The notes: generated by a model from the sequence alone, not told the origin. Shown: positions 9,475 to 19,788, numbered from the stretch's first letter. The stretch is DNA of 64,000 nt from Candidatus Magasanikiibacteriota bacterium (GCA_016193335.1 JACPSK010000001.1:22716-86715), one strand, 5' to 3'. Numbers and translations are program-made.

Positions 9475-10875
9475 ATGGCGAGTATGAAAGTACATTTTAT
9501 AGGTATTTGCGGAGTGGCCATGAGCGCGCTCGCGAGCGCGCTCAGCAAGAAGGGATACGCTGTCAGCGGCAGCGACAAAGGATTCTTCCCTCCCATCTCA
9601 ACCCATCTCAACAAGGCGGGCATTATATTTTATCCGGGATGGCATGTAGAAAAAATGACAAAACAGGGAAATCCTGATCTTGTCATAGTGGGAAACGTCG
9701 CCGGTTCTGAAAATTCGGAATTGCTGTACGCGAAAAAACAAAAACTGAAATGCCTTTCATATCCCGAACTCATAGCAGAGCTTTTCGTAAAATCGCGGTC
9801 AATCGTCTGTGCCGGCACCTACGGAAAAACAAGCAGTAGCGCGCTTTTGGCCTGGATTTTTAGACAAGCGGGATATAAACCAAGCTATATGTTCGGGGGT
9901 TTGGCTTTAAACGACATGGAAGCGGCAGAATTGAATGAAAGTAATTGGAGCATTCTCGAAGGAGACGAATACAAAACCGCGCGTTGGGATGATTCAGCAA
10001 AATTTTTTCATTATGCCCCTACTCATCTTGTGTTAAGCGCTATTGAGTGGGATCACGCTGATATATATAAAGACAAAAAAAGTTATACAGACGTTTTTAA
10101 AAAACTTTTGTCATCAATCCCAAAGACAGGGCTGGTCTTGGCCGCTTCAGGAAAAGCTTCTATAGACGAAGTCTTGACCCAAACAAAAGCAAAAATACTG
10201 AGATACGGACCGGATCCCAGGGCTGATTATCAATATCTGAATCTATCGGTCAGTGCTCACGGTATGTCTTTTGAAATTCGCCAAGACGCAGAAAATCACT
10301 ATGTCAGAAGTCCCTTGATCTACGCCTATATGGCTGAAAATATTACCGGATGTTTCGCGCTCTCACGCGAACTAGGAATTGAACCGGCCAAAATACTCGA
10401 ATCCATTTTTTCATTCAAGGGTCTAAAACGGAGGATGGAAAAACGTTATGAAGGCGAAGTTACCCTGATTGATGACATAGCTCACTCTCCGGTAAAAGCC
10501 CAATCAGTACTCAAAAATCTGAGACACATTTACAAAGGAAAAATATACGCGGTGTTCGAACCAAATACCGGAAATCGGATGCCAAGCATGGCAGAATCCT
10601 ATCATAGAGCCTTCAAAAACGCTGACACGGTCGTGATACCTCGCCTCAGTATTCTGAAAAAAAATAAAGAATCTTCGGAAGAAGCATTCAACGCGGCAAC
10701 TCTGGCCAATCTTATAGCCCAAACTCACCCTGACGTTTTCGCGTTGGAAGATGATGACAGGCTTATTGATTTTCTGGTTGAAAGAACGAGGCCGGGAGAC
10801 GCCATTATATTTCTTGGAAGTCATGGCTTCCGCGGAATGATAGAAAAAACCATTGAAAAAATAAAGCGGCCATGA
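9475..10875 (+). CDS. mpl: Mpl-type Mur ligase (UDP-N-acetylmuramate:L-alanyl-gamma-D-glutamyl-meso-DAP ligase-like; MurC family)
   Basis: HFIGICGVAMSALA, GSDKGFFPPIST, GTYGKTSSSALLAWI and EGDEYKTARWDDSAKFFHYAPTHLVLSAIEWDHADIY closely parallel E. coli Mpl (ICGTFMGGLA, ANVYPPMST, EADEYDCAFFDKRSKFVHY...EFDHADIF). Confidence 0.7.
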   Translation: MASMKVHFIGICGVAMSALASALSKKGYAVSGSDKGFFPPISTHLNKAGIIFYPGWHVEKMTKQGNPDLVIVGNVAGSENSELLYAKKQKLKCLSYPELIAELFVKSRSIVCAGTYGKTSSSALLAWIFRQAGYKPSYMFGGLALNDMEAAELNESNWSILEGDEYKTARWDDSAKFFHYAPTHLVLSAIEWDHADIYKDKKSYTDVFKKLLSSIPKTGLVLAASGKASIDEVLTQTKAKILRYGPDPRADYQYLNLSVSAHGMSFEIRQDAENHYVRSPLIYAYMAENITGCFALSRELGIEPAKILESIFSFKGLKRRMEKRYEGEVTLIDDIAHSPVKAQSVLKNLRHIYKGKIYAVFEPNTGNRMPSMAESYHRAFKNADTVVIPRLSILKKNKESSEEAFNAATLANLIAQTHPDVFALEDDDRLIDFLVERTRPGDAIIFLGSHGFRGMIEKTIEKIKRP

Positions 10876-10884
10876 TGGCCGCGT

Positions 10885-11052
10885 TTACTTCCCTTCTTCC
10901 ACGATCTCAGTTTCCACCGACCCATCATCCATAAGCTTTGTTACTCCAAGCGTAATCCCGCAATGGTTGCATTCTATGACCATTTCCGGTTTCAGGTTTG
11001 GGTAGTTTGAGAGGTCTACTTGATTTTTGCATTCAGGACAGGTAAGATTCAT
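10885..11052 (-). CDS. LysW-like zinc-ribbon protein (55 aa) with acidic C-terminal tail
   Basis: Manual translation MNLTCPECKNQVDLSNYPNLKPEMVIECNHCGITLGVTKLMDDGSVETEIVEEGK. The CPEC...CNHCG spacing and acidic tail resemble the amino-group carrier LysW. It is under 60 aa, so absent from the ORF track. Confidence 0.45.
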   Translation of the reverse strand: MNLTCPECKNQVDLSNYPNLKPEMVIECNHCGITLGVTKLMDDGSVETEIVEEGK

Positions 11053-11159
11053 AGACTATTTATAAATTTATAATTTTTAAGTTAGAATTTTTAGTTGGAT
11101 TCTTGCGGCCTTTTTAACAAAACCATTGTAACACAGGAGAGAAACAAACTCAAATCTTT

Positions 11160-12056
11160 ATGAAAACACCCCAGCAATCATACCCTGAACTCGCCGCGGC
11201 TCTGGGTGTAGAAGAACTCTATCTAAAACGTGAAGACCTGCACAAATATCGTTCTCACAAAGGACGTTCCATACCCCTCATGATCAAACGATATCTGCGA
11301 GAAGGAAAAAATCATTTTGTCATATCATCCTCCGGCAACGCGGCTCTAGCCGCGGCCTTGACCGTGGAAAACCACAATAGAAACAACCCCGAAAAAACAA
11401 TCAGCTTGGATATTCTTGTAGGAACCGGCATCCAGATAGAAAAATTAAAAACACTAAATGAAATAGCGAATCAAGGAATCGGCATAAACATTAAGACCCT
11501 TGAGCGTCCCAAGCAAAGCGCCTTTCAAATGGCCAAGGAAGGCTCTGCTATTTTTTTACGCCAATCAACTGATGATCTCGCTTTGGAAGGCTATCTTTCA
11601 TTGGCAGATGAGCTATCCAAGATACCAAAACTGGAAGCAGTCTTTATACCAACCTCATCCGGAACCACCGCACAGGCTCTTGGCGAAGCTTTCGCAAGAA
11701 TGTCCAGATCCATCCAAATACACGTGCTCCAAACGAGCCGCTGCCATCCTATCGCGGAAATTTTTGACAAGGCCAACGAAGAGAACAAAAAAACGCCCTC
11801 CACATCAAAAGCAAAAGCCGTAGTGGACAAGGTGGCTCATCGCAAAAATAAAGTGGTGTACCTGGTCCAAGCAAGCGGCGGTTCGGGCTGGATACTCACG
11901 AACAATGAAATAGAAGAAGCACAAAATCTAGTCCGCGAAAAAACCGGTCTCTCAATTTCCGGAAACAGCGCCTTGTCTGTGGCAGGACTCAAAAAAGCCC
12001 TCGCTTCCGGATGGAATTGCAAAGGAACCGTGGTTTGTCTTATCACCGGAGCTTAG
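11160..12056 (+). CDS. PLP-dependent enzyme, fold-type II (threonine synthase/cysteine synthase-like)
   Basis: LYLKREDLHKYRSHKGRS corresponds to the K-REDL...SFKDRG PLP-lysine motif. GGSGWIL glycine loop. Confidence 0.6.
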   Translation: MKTPQQSYPELAAALGVEELYLKREDLHKYRSHKGRSIPLMIKRYLREGKNHFVISSSGNAALAAALTVENHNRNNPEKTISLDILVGTGIQIEKLKTLNEIANQGIGINIKTLERPKQSAFQMAKEGSAIFLRQSTDDLALEGYLSLADELSKIPKLEAVFIPTSSGTTAQALGEAFARMSRSIQIHVLQTSRCHPIAEIFDKANEENKKTPSTSKAKAVVDKVAHRKNKVVYLVQASGGSGWILTNNEIEEAQNLVREKTGLSISGNSALSVAGLKKALASGWNCKGTVVCLITGA

Positions 12057-12057
12057 C

Positions 12058-12762
12058 TCAAGACAAACTTTTCTGAGCTATACTTATAATATTGTTCCCT
12101 TTCTCTTTATCCGAAGGTGTTCCTTTTCTTATAAAATAATGTTCTTTTAATACAAAGCCGGCATCCACTATAAGGGCTCGAAGTTCATCCAGAGTAAAAC
12201 CATGGTAATAGCGTTCTCCCAATATCTTGCCACTTGCGTCCAACCATGGAACAATAAAATCAGTTTTCGATTCTTCCAAGGTCCACTTTCCTTTTTCCAC
12301 GTTTTTTCGCGCTGAATCTGAATACATATTCCAATTGGTCATAAGAAGCATTCCTCCGGGCCGCAAAATCCTGTATATCTCGCTTAGTGTTTTTCTTCTG
12401 TCTTCAGTATTTGGCAGATGATGAAAAGAAGCCACCGAAAGAGCCAGATCAAAAATCCGATCCTCAAATGGCAGAGAACGCATGTCCGCCACCATAAATC
12501 TTGCTCCGGGGACCCGTGCTCGCGCTATGTCCACAAGCTTTTCGCTTTGATCTATCCCCGTATAATTGATACCTTGATTTTTATCGCATAACTGGTATAC
12601 TCTCCCATTCCCAGAGCCAATGTCCAAGATGGAATATCCATCTCTTATAAAAGACCTAAAAACCTCAAGATCCTCCCACAGATCATTTCTTGAATCAGAA
12701 AAATAAACGGCTATTTCATTGTATACCTGCTTATTGTGTTTTACCAAGTCTGAGGAGCGCAT
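12058..12762 (-). CDS. Class I SAM-dependent methyltransferase
   Basis: Motif I ILDIGSGNGR, and PGGMLLM. Confidence 0.75.
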   Translation of the reverse strand: MRSSDLVKHNKQVYNEIAVYFSDSRNDLWEDLEVFRSFIRDGYSILDIGSGNGRVYQLCDKNQGINYTGIDQSEKLVDIARARVPGARFMVADMRSLPFEDRIFDLALSVASFHHLPNTEDRRKTLSEIYRILRPGGMLLMTNWNMYSDSARKNVEKGKWTLEESKTDFIVPWLDASGKILGERYYHGFTLDELRALIVDAGFVLKEHYFIRKGTPSDKEKGNNIISIAQKSLS

Positions 12763-12772
12763 ATATTCAGTT

Positions 12773-14488
12773 ATGATGGAAACAAAAAGCTTGCTAAGCG
12801 AAAAACAATTGAATACTGTCCTTGATCATATCATCACAAAAAAACCGAAAACCCGGTCTGATTTTGAATCGGCAAAACGAATTATATGCGGACGCATTGG
12901 CTGCGCTCAACCGCCAAATCGTTTTCTGCTCTCAGCCTACCAAAAACTCCTCAAAAAGAAAAGCATATCTTCCTCCACCTTTCTTGAGCCTTTTCTCAAA
13001 AAAGCAGAAGTACGCTCTATTTCCGGCATTGCCGTGGTTACTTCTCTTATAAAACCATACCTCTGCCCTGGCAAATGCGTGTATTGTCCTACTGAAGTTC
13101 GCATGCCAAAAAGTTATATTGCCACAGAACCGGCGGCCGCCAGAGCTTTGCGACTGAATTTTTCCCCTTATGAACAAATGAAACGGCGTGTGGAAATGCT
13201 CGAGATAAACGGACATAACACCGATAAAATAGAATTTATCATAAAAGGAGGGACCTGGAACGCTTACCCCATAAAATATCAATACTGGTTTATCTTGGAA
13301 TCTTTCAAAGCTTGTAATAATGTTAAAAGAAAAAAACCGACGAATCCTACGGAAGAACTACACTGGGCCTCTCGACCCTTGAAAGAACTTCAGAACGCCC
13401 TCAAAAAAGAACAAGCATACAATGAAAAAGCAAAACATCGCATTATAGGTCTTACGCTTGAAACCCGGCCAGACGCTATCGCCCCAAAAACAATATTCCA
13501 CATGCGGGAACAAGGATGCACGCGCATTGAGCTTGGGTTGCAAGCGCCGGACGACCGGATATTGAAGCTGGTCAATCGCGGACATACCGTAGATGATTTT
13601 CGCAAAGCCATTTGGCTCCTTCGAGAAGCCGGCTTTAAAGTGGACCTGCATATGATGCCGGATCTGCCGGGAACTACGCCAAAGCACGACGTGGAAATGT
13701 ACAAATTCTTATTTGAAGATCCTGCTTTGAGGCCTGACATGGTAAAAATATATCCCTGCACGGTCATCAAATCAGCCGAATTATTTACCTGGCTCGAAGA
13801 TGGCCGATACAAACCCTATAGTGGAAAAGAATTATTCGAGGCGCTCCTTGAGATGAAGTTGTCTACTCCGCCCTGGTGCCGAATTTCAAGATTGATCAGA
13901 GACATCCCGGCAAATGAAATCGAGGCTGGCAACAAAATAACGAACCTCCGTGAAGAATTGAGTACCGAACTTGCCCGGCGAGGTCTTTCCTGCGTTTGTA
14001 TACGTTGCCGCGAAATAGGGAGACAAAAACACAATATACCAGAAGACAGCCCCAGTCTCTTTGTTGACTTTTATGAAACCATAGGGGGCAGAGAATATTT
14101 TATCAGTTTTGAAGATTCTTCCCGAAAGGCCATACATGGGTTTTTGCGCTTGCGCGTTCCAAATAAATTCGCTGAAAAGGCTGGCTTTCTTCCTCCAACA
14201 TATCTGACAAACACAATAACAGAGCTCAAAAGCCTTTTGCCCGGAATCAAAAACAGCGCCTTTGTCCGAGAACTCCATGTGTACGACACGGCGCTTCGCA
14301 TTGGGATACGACAAAAAAATCTTTCTCAACACAAAGGCTTTGGCGCTCGTCTCCTCCATGAAGCCGAAACTATCGCCAGACAGCAAGGTTTTAAAAGCAT
14401 ATCCGTTATTTCAGGCGTCGGAGTACGAGCCTATTATCGTTCCAAGGGTTACAGAAAAACAGGCAGCTATATGACGAAAAAACTCTGA
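12773..14488 (+). CDS. Elp3-like radical SAM + GNAT protein (tRNA wobble-uridine modification type)
   Basis: CPGKCVYCP radical-SAM cysteine cluster, then C-terminal GNAT (HKGFGARLLHEAETIARQQGF). Track ORF starts at 12719 and overlaps the upstream gene, so the start is taken at the internal MMETKS. Confidence 0.7.
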   Translation: MMETKSLLSEKQLNTVLDHIITKKPKTRSDFESAKRIICGRIGCAQPPNRFLLSAYQKLLKKKSISSSTFLEPFLKKAEVRSISGIAVVTSLIKPYLCPGKCVYCPTEVRMPKSYIATEPAAARALRLNFSPYEQMKRRVEMLEINGHNTDKIEFIIKGGTWNAYPIKYQYWFILESFKACNNVKRKKPTNPTEELHWASRPLKELQNALKKEQAYNEKAKHRIIGLTLETRPDAIAPKTIFHMREQGCTRIELGLQAPDDRILKLVNRGHTVDDFRKAIWLLREAGFKVDLHMMPDLPGTTPKHDVEMYKFLFEDPALRPDMVKIYPCTVIKSAELFTWLEDGRYKPYSGKELFEALLEMKLSTPPWCRISRLIRDIPANEIEAGNKITNLREELSTELARRGLSCVCIRCREIGRQKHNIPEDSPSLFVDFYETIGGREYFISFEDSSRKAIHGFLRLRVPNKFAEKAGFLPPTYLTNTITELKSLLPGIKNSAFVRELHVYDTALRIGIRQKNLSQHKGFGARLLHEAETIARQQGFKSISVISGVGVRAYYRSKGYRKTGSYMTKKL

Positions 14489-14655
14489 AAATCCTGTTTC
14501 TATCTACCGGTGCCAATTTTGACGAAGTCCTGCTCAGAAACCCCGGCATAAGACCATACGATAAAACCCAAACTGTCTCTATAAAATGAACACATTTTGC
14601 TTTGCATAGAAAATAGTCGTGTGATAGCATACCCGACACAATTAATGCATGATTT

Positions 14656-15075
14656 TTGAATATGAAACTTCCTGCCGGATCATTCATAGCTTCAGGACCG
14701 GTTATTATAGAAAATAGAAGAGTTCTCCTCAATAAAGAACTGAAAAAAGACGGCAGTATCAGCCCTTGGTTTTTTCCAGGGGGCGAAGTTGAAGATTTTG
14801 ACCTTTCTCTCGAAGAAACCTGCGCCCGAGAGGCAAAGGAAGAAATGGGCATTGAAATACGCGGGCTAAAACCTTTAAGAACCATCCTGTTAAAAAATAC
14901 CGAGGGCTTTATCATTTTGGTTCATTTTTTGGCCGAAAGAAAAGGAGAAATAAAGCCCGGGCCTATGATAACAGACTGGGCTTGGCATCCCATCGATGCC
15001 TTGCCGAAGGATTGTGCTTCTAATGTGTATACTATTATAGAAGATTGTAAAAATATGTCTGACTTTGCTTTATGA
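14656..15075 (+). CDS. NUDIX hydrolase
   Basis: Nudix box GGEVEDFDLSLEETCAREAKEEMGIE. Confidence 0.8.
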   Translation: MNMKLPAGSFIASGPVIIENRRVLLNKELKKDGSISPWFFPGGEVEDFDLSLEETCAREAKEEMGIEIRGLKPLRTILLKNTEGFIILVHFLAERKGEIKPGPMITDWAWHPIDALPKDCASNVYTIIEDCKNMSDFAL

Positions 15076-15197
15076 TATTCGAATCGCTGGAACACAAATG
15101 AACATACAACGGTAAAATACTGAATGAACAAAACGTAGTTCATTCTGGTTATGCTTTCTCTCACAAAAAACTTTGAACCATCAACATAGTAGAACCT

Positions 15198-16553
15198 ATG
15201 AACAAACCCCATCTCCAACATCAAGATCCTGAAGTATACGAAATTCTGAAAAAAGAAGAACGCAAGCAACAGGAAAAATTATCCATGATCCCTTCCGAAA
15301 ATTTTACTTCCAAAGCGATAAGAGAAGTGGTAGGATCGATTTTCATGAATAAATATTCTGAAGGTTATCCGGACAAACGGTATTATGAAGGAAATTACAA
15401 CATAGATTCCTTGGAAAAAATCGCCATTCAGCGCGTCAAAAAATTATTCAAGCTTCCGGAAGATTGGGACGTAAATGTGCAGCCGCTTTCCGGTAGCCCC
15501 GCAAACCTTGCTGTGTATCTCGGGCTCTTGAACCCTGGAGACACGGTAATGGGTATGTATTTGCCCGACGGTGGGCACCTTTCTCACGGTTGGTCTTATG
15601 AACCAAAAGCAGAACAAGACCCCGATGAAATCGTATACAAAGGCGGCTCAAGAAAAGTAAACATAACTTCAAAATTCTATAAAACGATTCAATATAAGAC
15701 AGACCCCAAAACCCAACGTTTCGATTACGCGACAATAGAAAAAGTGGCCATGGAATATAAGCCAAAACTTCTTATCACCGGCGGCACCGCCTATCCTCGA
15801 GAAATCAATTATGAACGAATGGCTGAAATCGCAAAAAAAACGGGCGCGTATTATCTGGCCGACATAGCTCATGAAGCCGGCCTCGTTGCCGCGGGCGTGA
15901 ACAGTTCTCCGGTCGGCATAGCAGACGTAGTCACCTTTACTACTCACAAAACACTGCGTTGCAATAGAGGAGCCGTTATTGTTGGAAAAAGCGAACTCAT
16001 GAAAAAAATCGACCGAGCCATTTTCCCCGGTCTTCAGGGTGGTCCTCACAACCACAGCATAGCCGGAATAGCAGTGGGTCTTTTGGAGGCCATGCAGCCG
16101 GAATTTAAGCTTTACGCAAAACAAATTATACTCAATGCCCAAACCATGGCTTCTGAATTGGCCGATTTTGGATTTGAAATAGTATCCGGCGGGACAGACA
16201 AACACTTGGTTCTTATTAATCTCACCAACAAAGAACTTTTCGGCAAAACATACGCTCGAGCTTTGGATCACGCCGGAATCATTACAAACATGAATACCAT
16301 GCCTCAAGAAAAACGCTCTCCGGCCGACCCATCCGCCCTCAGAATCGGGACACCCTGGATCACTACACGAGGCATGAAAGAAACAGAGATGAAAACAATA
16401 GCCGCGTGGATGAATACAGTGATGGAAATCTGCAAGCCTTGGAAAAAATTAGAATTTGAACCGTTTGAGGACAAGGTTCGAGAATCCGGAGAGATCAAAA
16501 ACATAGCTGATGAAGTAAAAACACTCTGCGCAAAATTCCCTCTTGATATTTAA
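15198..16553 (+). CDS. glyA: Serine hydroxymethyltransferase (with a ~40-aa insertion)
   Basis: VTFTTHKTLRCNRGAVIV PLP-lysine motif; SLIPSENFTS-like N-terminus (MIPSENFTS). Confidence 0.9.
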   Translation: MNKPHLQHQDPEVYEILKKEERKQQEKLSMIPSENFTSKAIREVVGSIFMNKYSEGYPDKRYYEGNYNIDSLEKIAIQRVKKLFKLPEDWDVNVQPLSGSPANLAVYLGLLNPGDTVMGMYLPDGGHLSHGWSYEPKAEQDPDEIVYKGGSRKVNITSKFYKTIQYKTDPKTQRFDYATIEKVAMEYKPKLLITGGTAYPREINYERMAEIAKKTGAYYLADIAHEAGLVAAGVNSSPVGIADVVTFTTHKTLRCNRGAVIVGKSELMKKIDRAIFPGLQGGPHNHSIAGIAVGLLEAMQPEFKLYAKQIILNAQTMASELADFGFEIVSGGTDKHLVLINLTNKELFGKTYARALDHAGIITNMNTMPQEKRSPADPSALRIGTPWITTRGMKETEMKTIAAWMNTVMEICKPWKKLEFEPFEDKVRESGEIKNIADEVKTLCAKFPLDI

Positions 16554-16582
16554 AATTTTCCGTTTGGGTACACACGCACGGT

Positions 16583-17023
16583 ATGAAGCACATAGCTCAG
16601 TCTGCGCTTGAAATGGAACAATTCGGCAAAAAAAACGCAAAGTTTCTAAAAGGAGGCCATATTCTTCTTTTGCACGGTGAACTCGGCACAGGTAAAACAA
16701 CGCTCGTAAAAGGCATAGCTTGCGGTCTTGGTATTGTGGAAACCATCACCAGCCCTACTTTCGCCATTATGAACTTGTATACTCTCGCATCTCCAAAACA
16801 AGGCATAACAAAGCTCGTACATATAGACACATACCGCCTTGAACATGAAAAAGAACTCCTTGAAATAGGAGCACAGGATTATATAGGCGAAGATTCCACA
16901 CTTTGTATTATTGAATGGCCGGAAAAATTGACTACCATCTTGCAGGCTAAACTTTGCAAAGATATATTCCTATGCCATACGGAGGAAAAAAATTTCCGGG
17001 CCATAGAAACGAAAAATTTCTGA
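16583..17023 (+). CDS. tsaE: tRNA threonylcarbamoyladenosine biosynthesis ATPase TsaE
   Basis: LLHGELGTGKTTLVKGI P-loop, size and layout typical of YjeE. Confidence 0.75.
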   Translation: MKHIAQSALEMEQFGKKNAKFLKGGHILLLHGELGTGKTTLVKGIACGLGIVETITSPTFAIMNLYTLASPKQGITKLVHIDTYRLEHEKELLEIGAQDYIGEDSTLCIIEWPEKLTTILQAKLCKDIFLCHTEEKNFRAIETKNF

Positions 17024-17029
17024 TCCGTT

Positions 17030-18160
17030 TTATTTCTGATCCGTTTTATCTGTTGCCTGATCTTCTATATTAAACCAATACGTATATCCTTTTATAGCCA
17101 ATCGTTCTTTGAACTTGTGCCAGAGACTACGTTTGTGCCAACGCAGGTCATCCAATGATTTGGCAGAGTCCATCCAGCGCAGGGCGATTCGTTTGATTTT
17201 GCGCACGATACGCTTATCTTTTAGATGGATATTTGCTTCATAATTGTGGTAAAAACTCGGGTGGTCTATATTACTGCTTCCTATCATGGCCCAATCTTCG
17301 TCCACTATCAAACCTTTGCCGTGCATCATTTTCTTGAGCACATGGATGCGCACGCCGGCTTTTTTCAAGACAGCGAACCATGCATAAGCAGCATAAGTGG
17401 CCACGCGCAAATCGGTCCTGAGCGGAATGAGCAAATCCACGCGCACTCCTCTTTTTTTAGCCTCCCACAAAGCTTTCAGAAATTGAGCGTCCAAAAAATA
17501 ATAAGGAGAAAACAAAATAACCCGCTGTGAGGCCTTTCGTAAAGCTTCCAGATATCTTTTTCTCGTACGCGAATACTTTCCTCTGGGCTGATCATATATC
17601 ATTTTCATATTTTGTTGCTCAAGACCGGGACGAAACCGAGCGCTCCACAAAATATGCCGTATGTTTTCTTTGGCGCCTCCGGAGAGAAGATAGAGACGCG
17701 CGAATGAACGAAGCAAAGATTTAACCACTGTTCCACGAACACACATGTGCAAATCCAGCCAGTCGTTCATATCTTTCTGGATATTCACTCCTCCGATGAA
17801 GCCCAAGGCTTGATCTATAATCAGCACTTTTTGGTGCGTTCTGATAGAAAAACGCTTCCAAAAAGTCTTGTATCTGGGTTTGCGCTCCTGGAAAAGCAGG
17901 ACATCTATGCCTTTTTGCTTCAGCTGATTCACCCGCTTGCGGGAAAGGGCAAAACTTCCCCAATAATCTATAATAAGTTTTACCTCAAGCCCTTCTAGGG
18001 CTTTTTGTTCCAAGAGATCAAAAAATCGTGTGCCTACTTTATCATCAACGAAAATGTACACTTCCCAATAAATTGAAGAAGTGGCGTTTTGTATTGCCTT
18101 ATACATTGCTGTCCAGGCCTGTTCCGTGGTTTCGTAGACACTATAGGCTGATGTGGACAT
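17030..18160 (-). CDS. Phospholipase D family protein (cardiolipin synthase-like), two HKD motifs
   Basis: HQKVLIIDQ...GGVNI and HGKGLIVDEDWAMIGSSNID. Confidence 0.8.
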   Translation of the reverse strand: MSTSAYSVYETTEQAWTAMYKAIQNATSSIYWEVYIFVDDKVGTRFFDLLEQKALEGLEVKLIIDYWGSFALSRKRVNQLKQKGIDVLLFQERKPRYKTFWKRFSIRTHQKVLIIDQALGFIGGVNIQKDMNDWLDLHMCVRGTVVKSLLRSFARLYLLSGGAKENIRHILWSARFRPGLEQQNMKMIYDQPRGKYSRTRKRYLEALRKASQRVILFSPYYFLDAQFLKALWEAKKRGVRVDLLIPLRTDLRVATYAAYAWFAVLKKAGVRIHVLKKMMHGKGLIVDEDWAMIGSSNIDHPSFYHNYEANIHLKDKRIVRKIKRIALRWMDSAKSLDDLRWHKRSLWHKFKERLAIKGYTYWFNIEDQATDKTDQK

Positions 18161-18274
18161 AGAGACGCAAATTTATAATGTTCAATTTCTAATCTCGGAG
18201 TCTCATCCATAATTATAGATGAGTACCTTTTTCACCGTACCATGAAAGACGTCTTATTTCAAGCTCGCGCGAAA

Positions 18275-18946
18275 CTAAGATTTTCCGCTCATTTTGTATC
18301 CCCTACCTGGAATAGTATGTATAAGTTTATGTGGAGAAAAACCATCCACTTTTTTTCTTAAATAAGAAATATGAACATCCACCGTGTTTGTAAAAGGATC
18401 TATGTGCATGTCCCACACCTTTTCCAAAATAAAAGAACGCGTTAAAACCATTCCCACATGAATCATAAACAACTCTAGAAGAGCGAATTCTTTGTTTCTA
18501 AGCTTAATCTCTCTGCCGGAACGAGTAACTTTGTGAGCCGTGACGTCCAAACGAAGATCTTGCACTTCCAAAATGGAATTGTACACAACGCCGACTCGGC
18601 GTGTGAGCGCCCTTATTCTTGCTTCAAGTTCTTCAACTGAAAAGGGCTTGCAGACATAATCATCGCAAAATTCCAACATTTGGAGTTTTGCTTGTATTTC
18701 CATTTCTACACTGAGAGCGATAATGCGAACGGTCTTATTCTGCGCGCGGATCTTCTGCCCAATGTCTATACCGCTTAAGCCGGGCAAATGCAAATCGAGA
18801 ATAATAACATCATACACAGCCAAATAAGATTGACGCAGACCCTGTTCACCGTCAAAAGCCAAGTCTACGCTGTATGAAAAAGATTCCAAAGACTCTGCCA
18901 GACCTTTCGCGATGTCTGGATTATCTTCGATTACCAATACCCGCAT
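18275..18946 (-). CDS. OmpR-family two-component response regulator
   Basis: Receiver MRVLVIEDNPDIA...DVIILDLHLPG plus winged-helix C-terminal domain. Confidence 0.85.
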   Translation of the reverse strand: MRVLVIEDNPDIAKGLAESLESFSYSVDLAFDGEQGLRQSYLAVYDVIILDLHLPGLSGIDIGQKIRAQNKTVRIIALSVEMEIQAKLQMLEFCDDYVCKPFSVEELEARIRALTRRVGVVYNSILEVQDLRLDVTAHKVTRSGREIKLRNKEFALLELFMIHVGMVLTRSFILEKVWDMHIDPFTNTVDVHISYLRKKVDGFSPHKLIHTIPGRGYKMSGKS

Positions 18947-19035
18947 AAGACGATTTTACTGATTTAGATTTTTTTATTATAACAAAAAAAAGATTAAAAA
19001 AAGATTAATTTAGAGTCAAACTCCCAATTCCGATC

Positions 19036-19788
19036 TTATTCGATGAGGAGAAGGAACAACATGGCGATTACACCGAGTATAAAACCAAAAACCTGAGCTA
19101 TTGACTTTCTGATGTGCAATTCCTTGTGAAGTTCAGGTATCAAGTCCGAACCTGCCACATATATGAAAATCCCGGCTGACACAGCCAAAAAATATACTGA
19201 AAACGCCTCTACATAGCTGATAAACAAAAGCGCGAAAACAGCCCCAAGCATCGAGCCGAGAGCCACGATAAAATTGGCGAAAAGCGCTTTTTTTCTTGAA
19301 AATCCGCTATGTAAAAGCACGCCAAAGTCGCTTATTTCTTGGGGAATTTCATGGGCAAAAACAGCCAAAGTGGTAGCAATACCCACAGGCAAACTTACAA
19401 TGTAACTCGTGGCGATTATTAGACCATCCAAAAAATTGTGTACCAGATCGCCAATCAAATTGGTGATAGCCAAAGGATGAGTGTGCCCCTCTTCCCCTGA
19501 GGGGATATGACAATGATGCCAGTGAACGACTTTTTCAACTACAAACATAATCGTAATACCCGCAATGATGGAAAGAGACACAGCCAAACTAAAATCATGC
19601 TCTTCGAGAATTTCGGGCAACAAATGTATAAAAGTGTCGCCTATCAGAGCTCCCGCGGCCAGGCTTACCAGAAAAAAAATAATATATTTCAGCCGTTCCA
19701 AACTGAAAGATAAAAAAATAATGCCTACCAATGAAATAAGGCTCACCGCGAGTACGCTCAAAAGCGTATAAGTCCAGATTATAAGCAT
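19036..19788 (-). CDS. zupT: ZIP-family metal transporter
   Basis: HNFLDGL and HEIPQEISDF motifs, multi-TM. Confidence 0.8.
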   Translation of the reverse strand: MLIIWTYTLLSVLAVSLISLVGIIFLSFSLERLKYIIFFLVSLAAGALIGDTFIHLLPEILEEHDFSLAVSLSIIAGITIMFVVEKVVHWHHCHIPSGEEGHTHPLAITNLIGDLVHNFLDGLIIATSYIVSLPVGIATTLAVFAHEIPQEISDFGVLLHSGFSRKKALFANFIVALGSMLGAVFALLFISYVEAFSVYFLAVSAGIFIYVAGSDLIPELHKELHIRKSIAQVFGFILGVIAMLFLLLIE

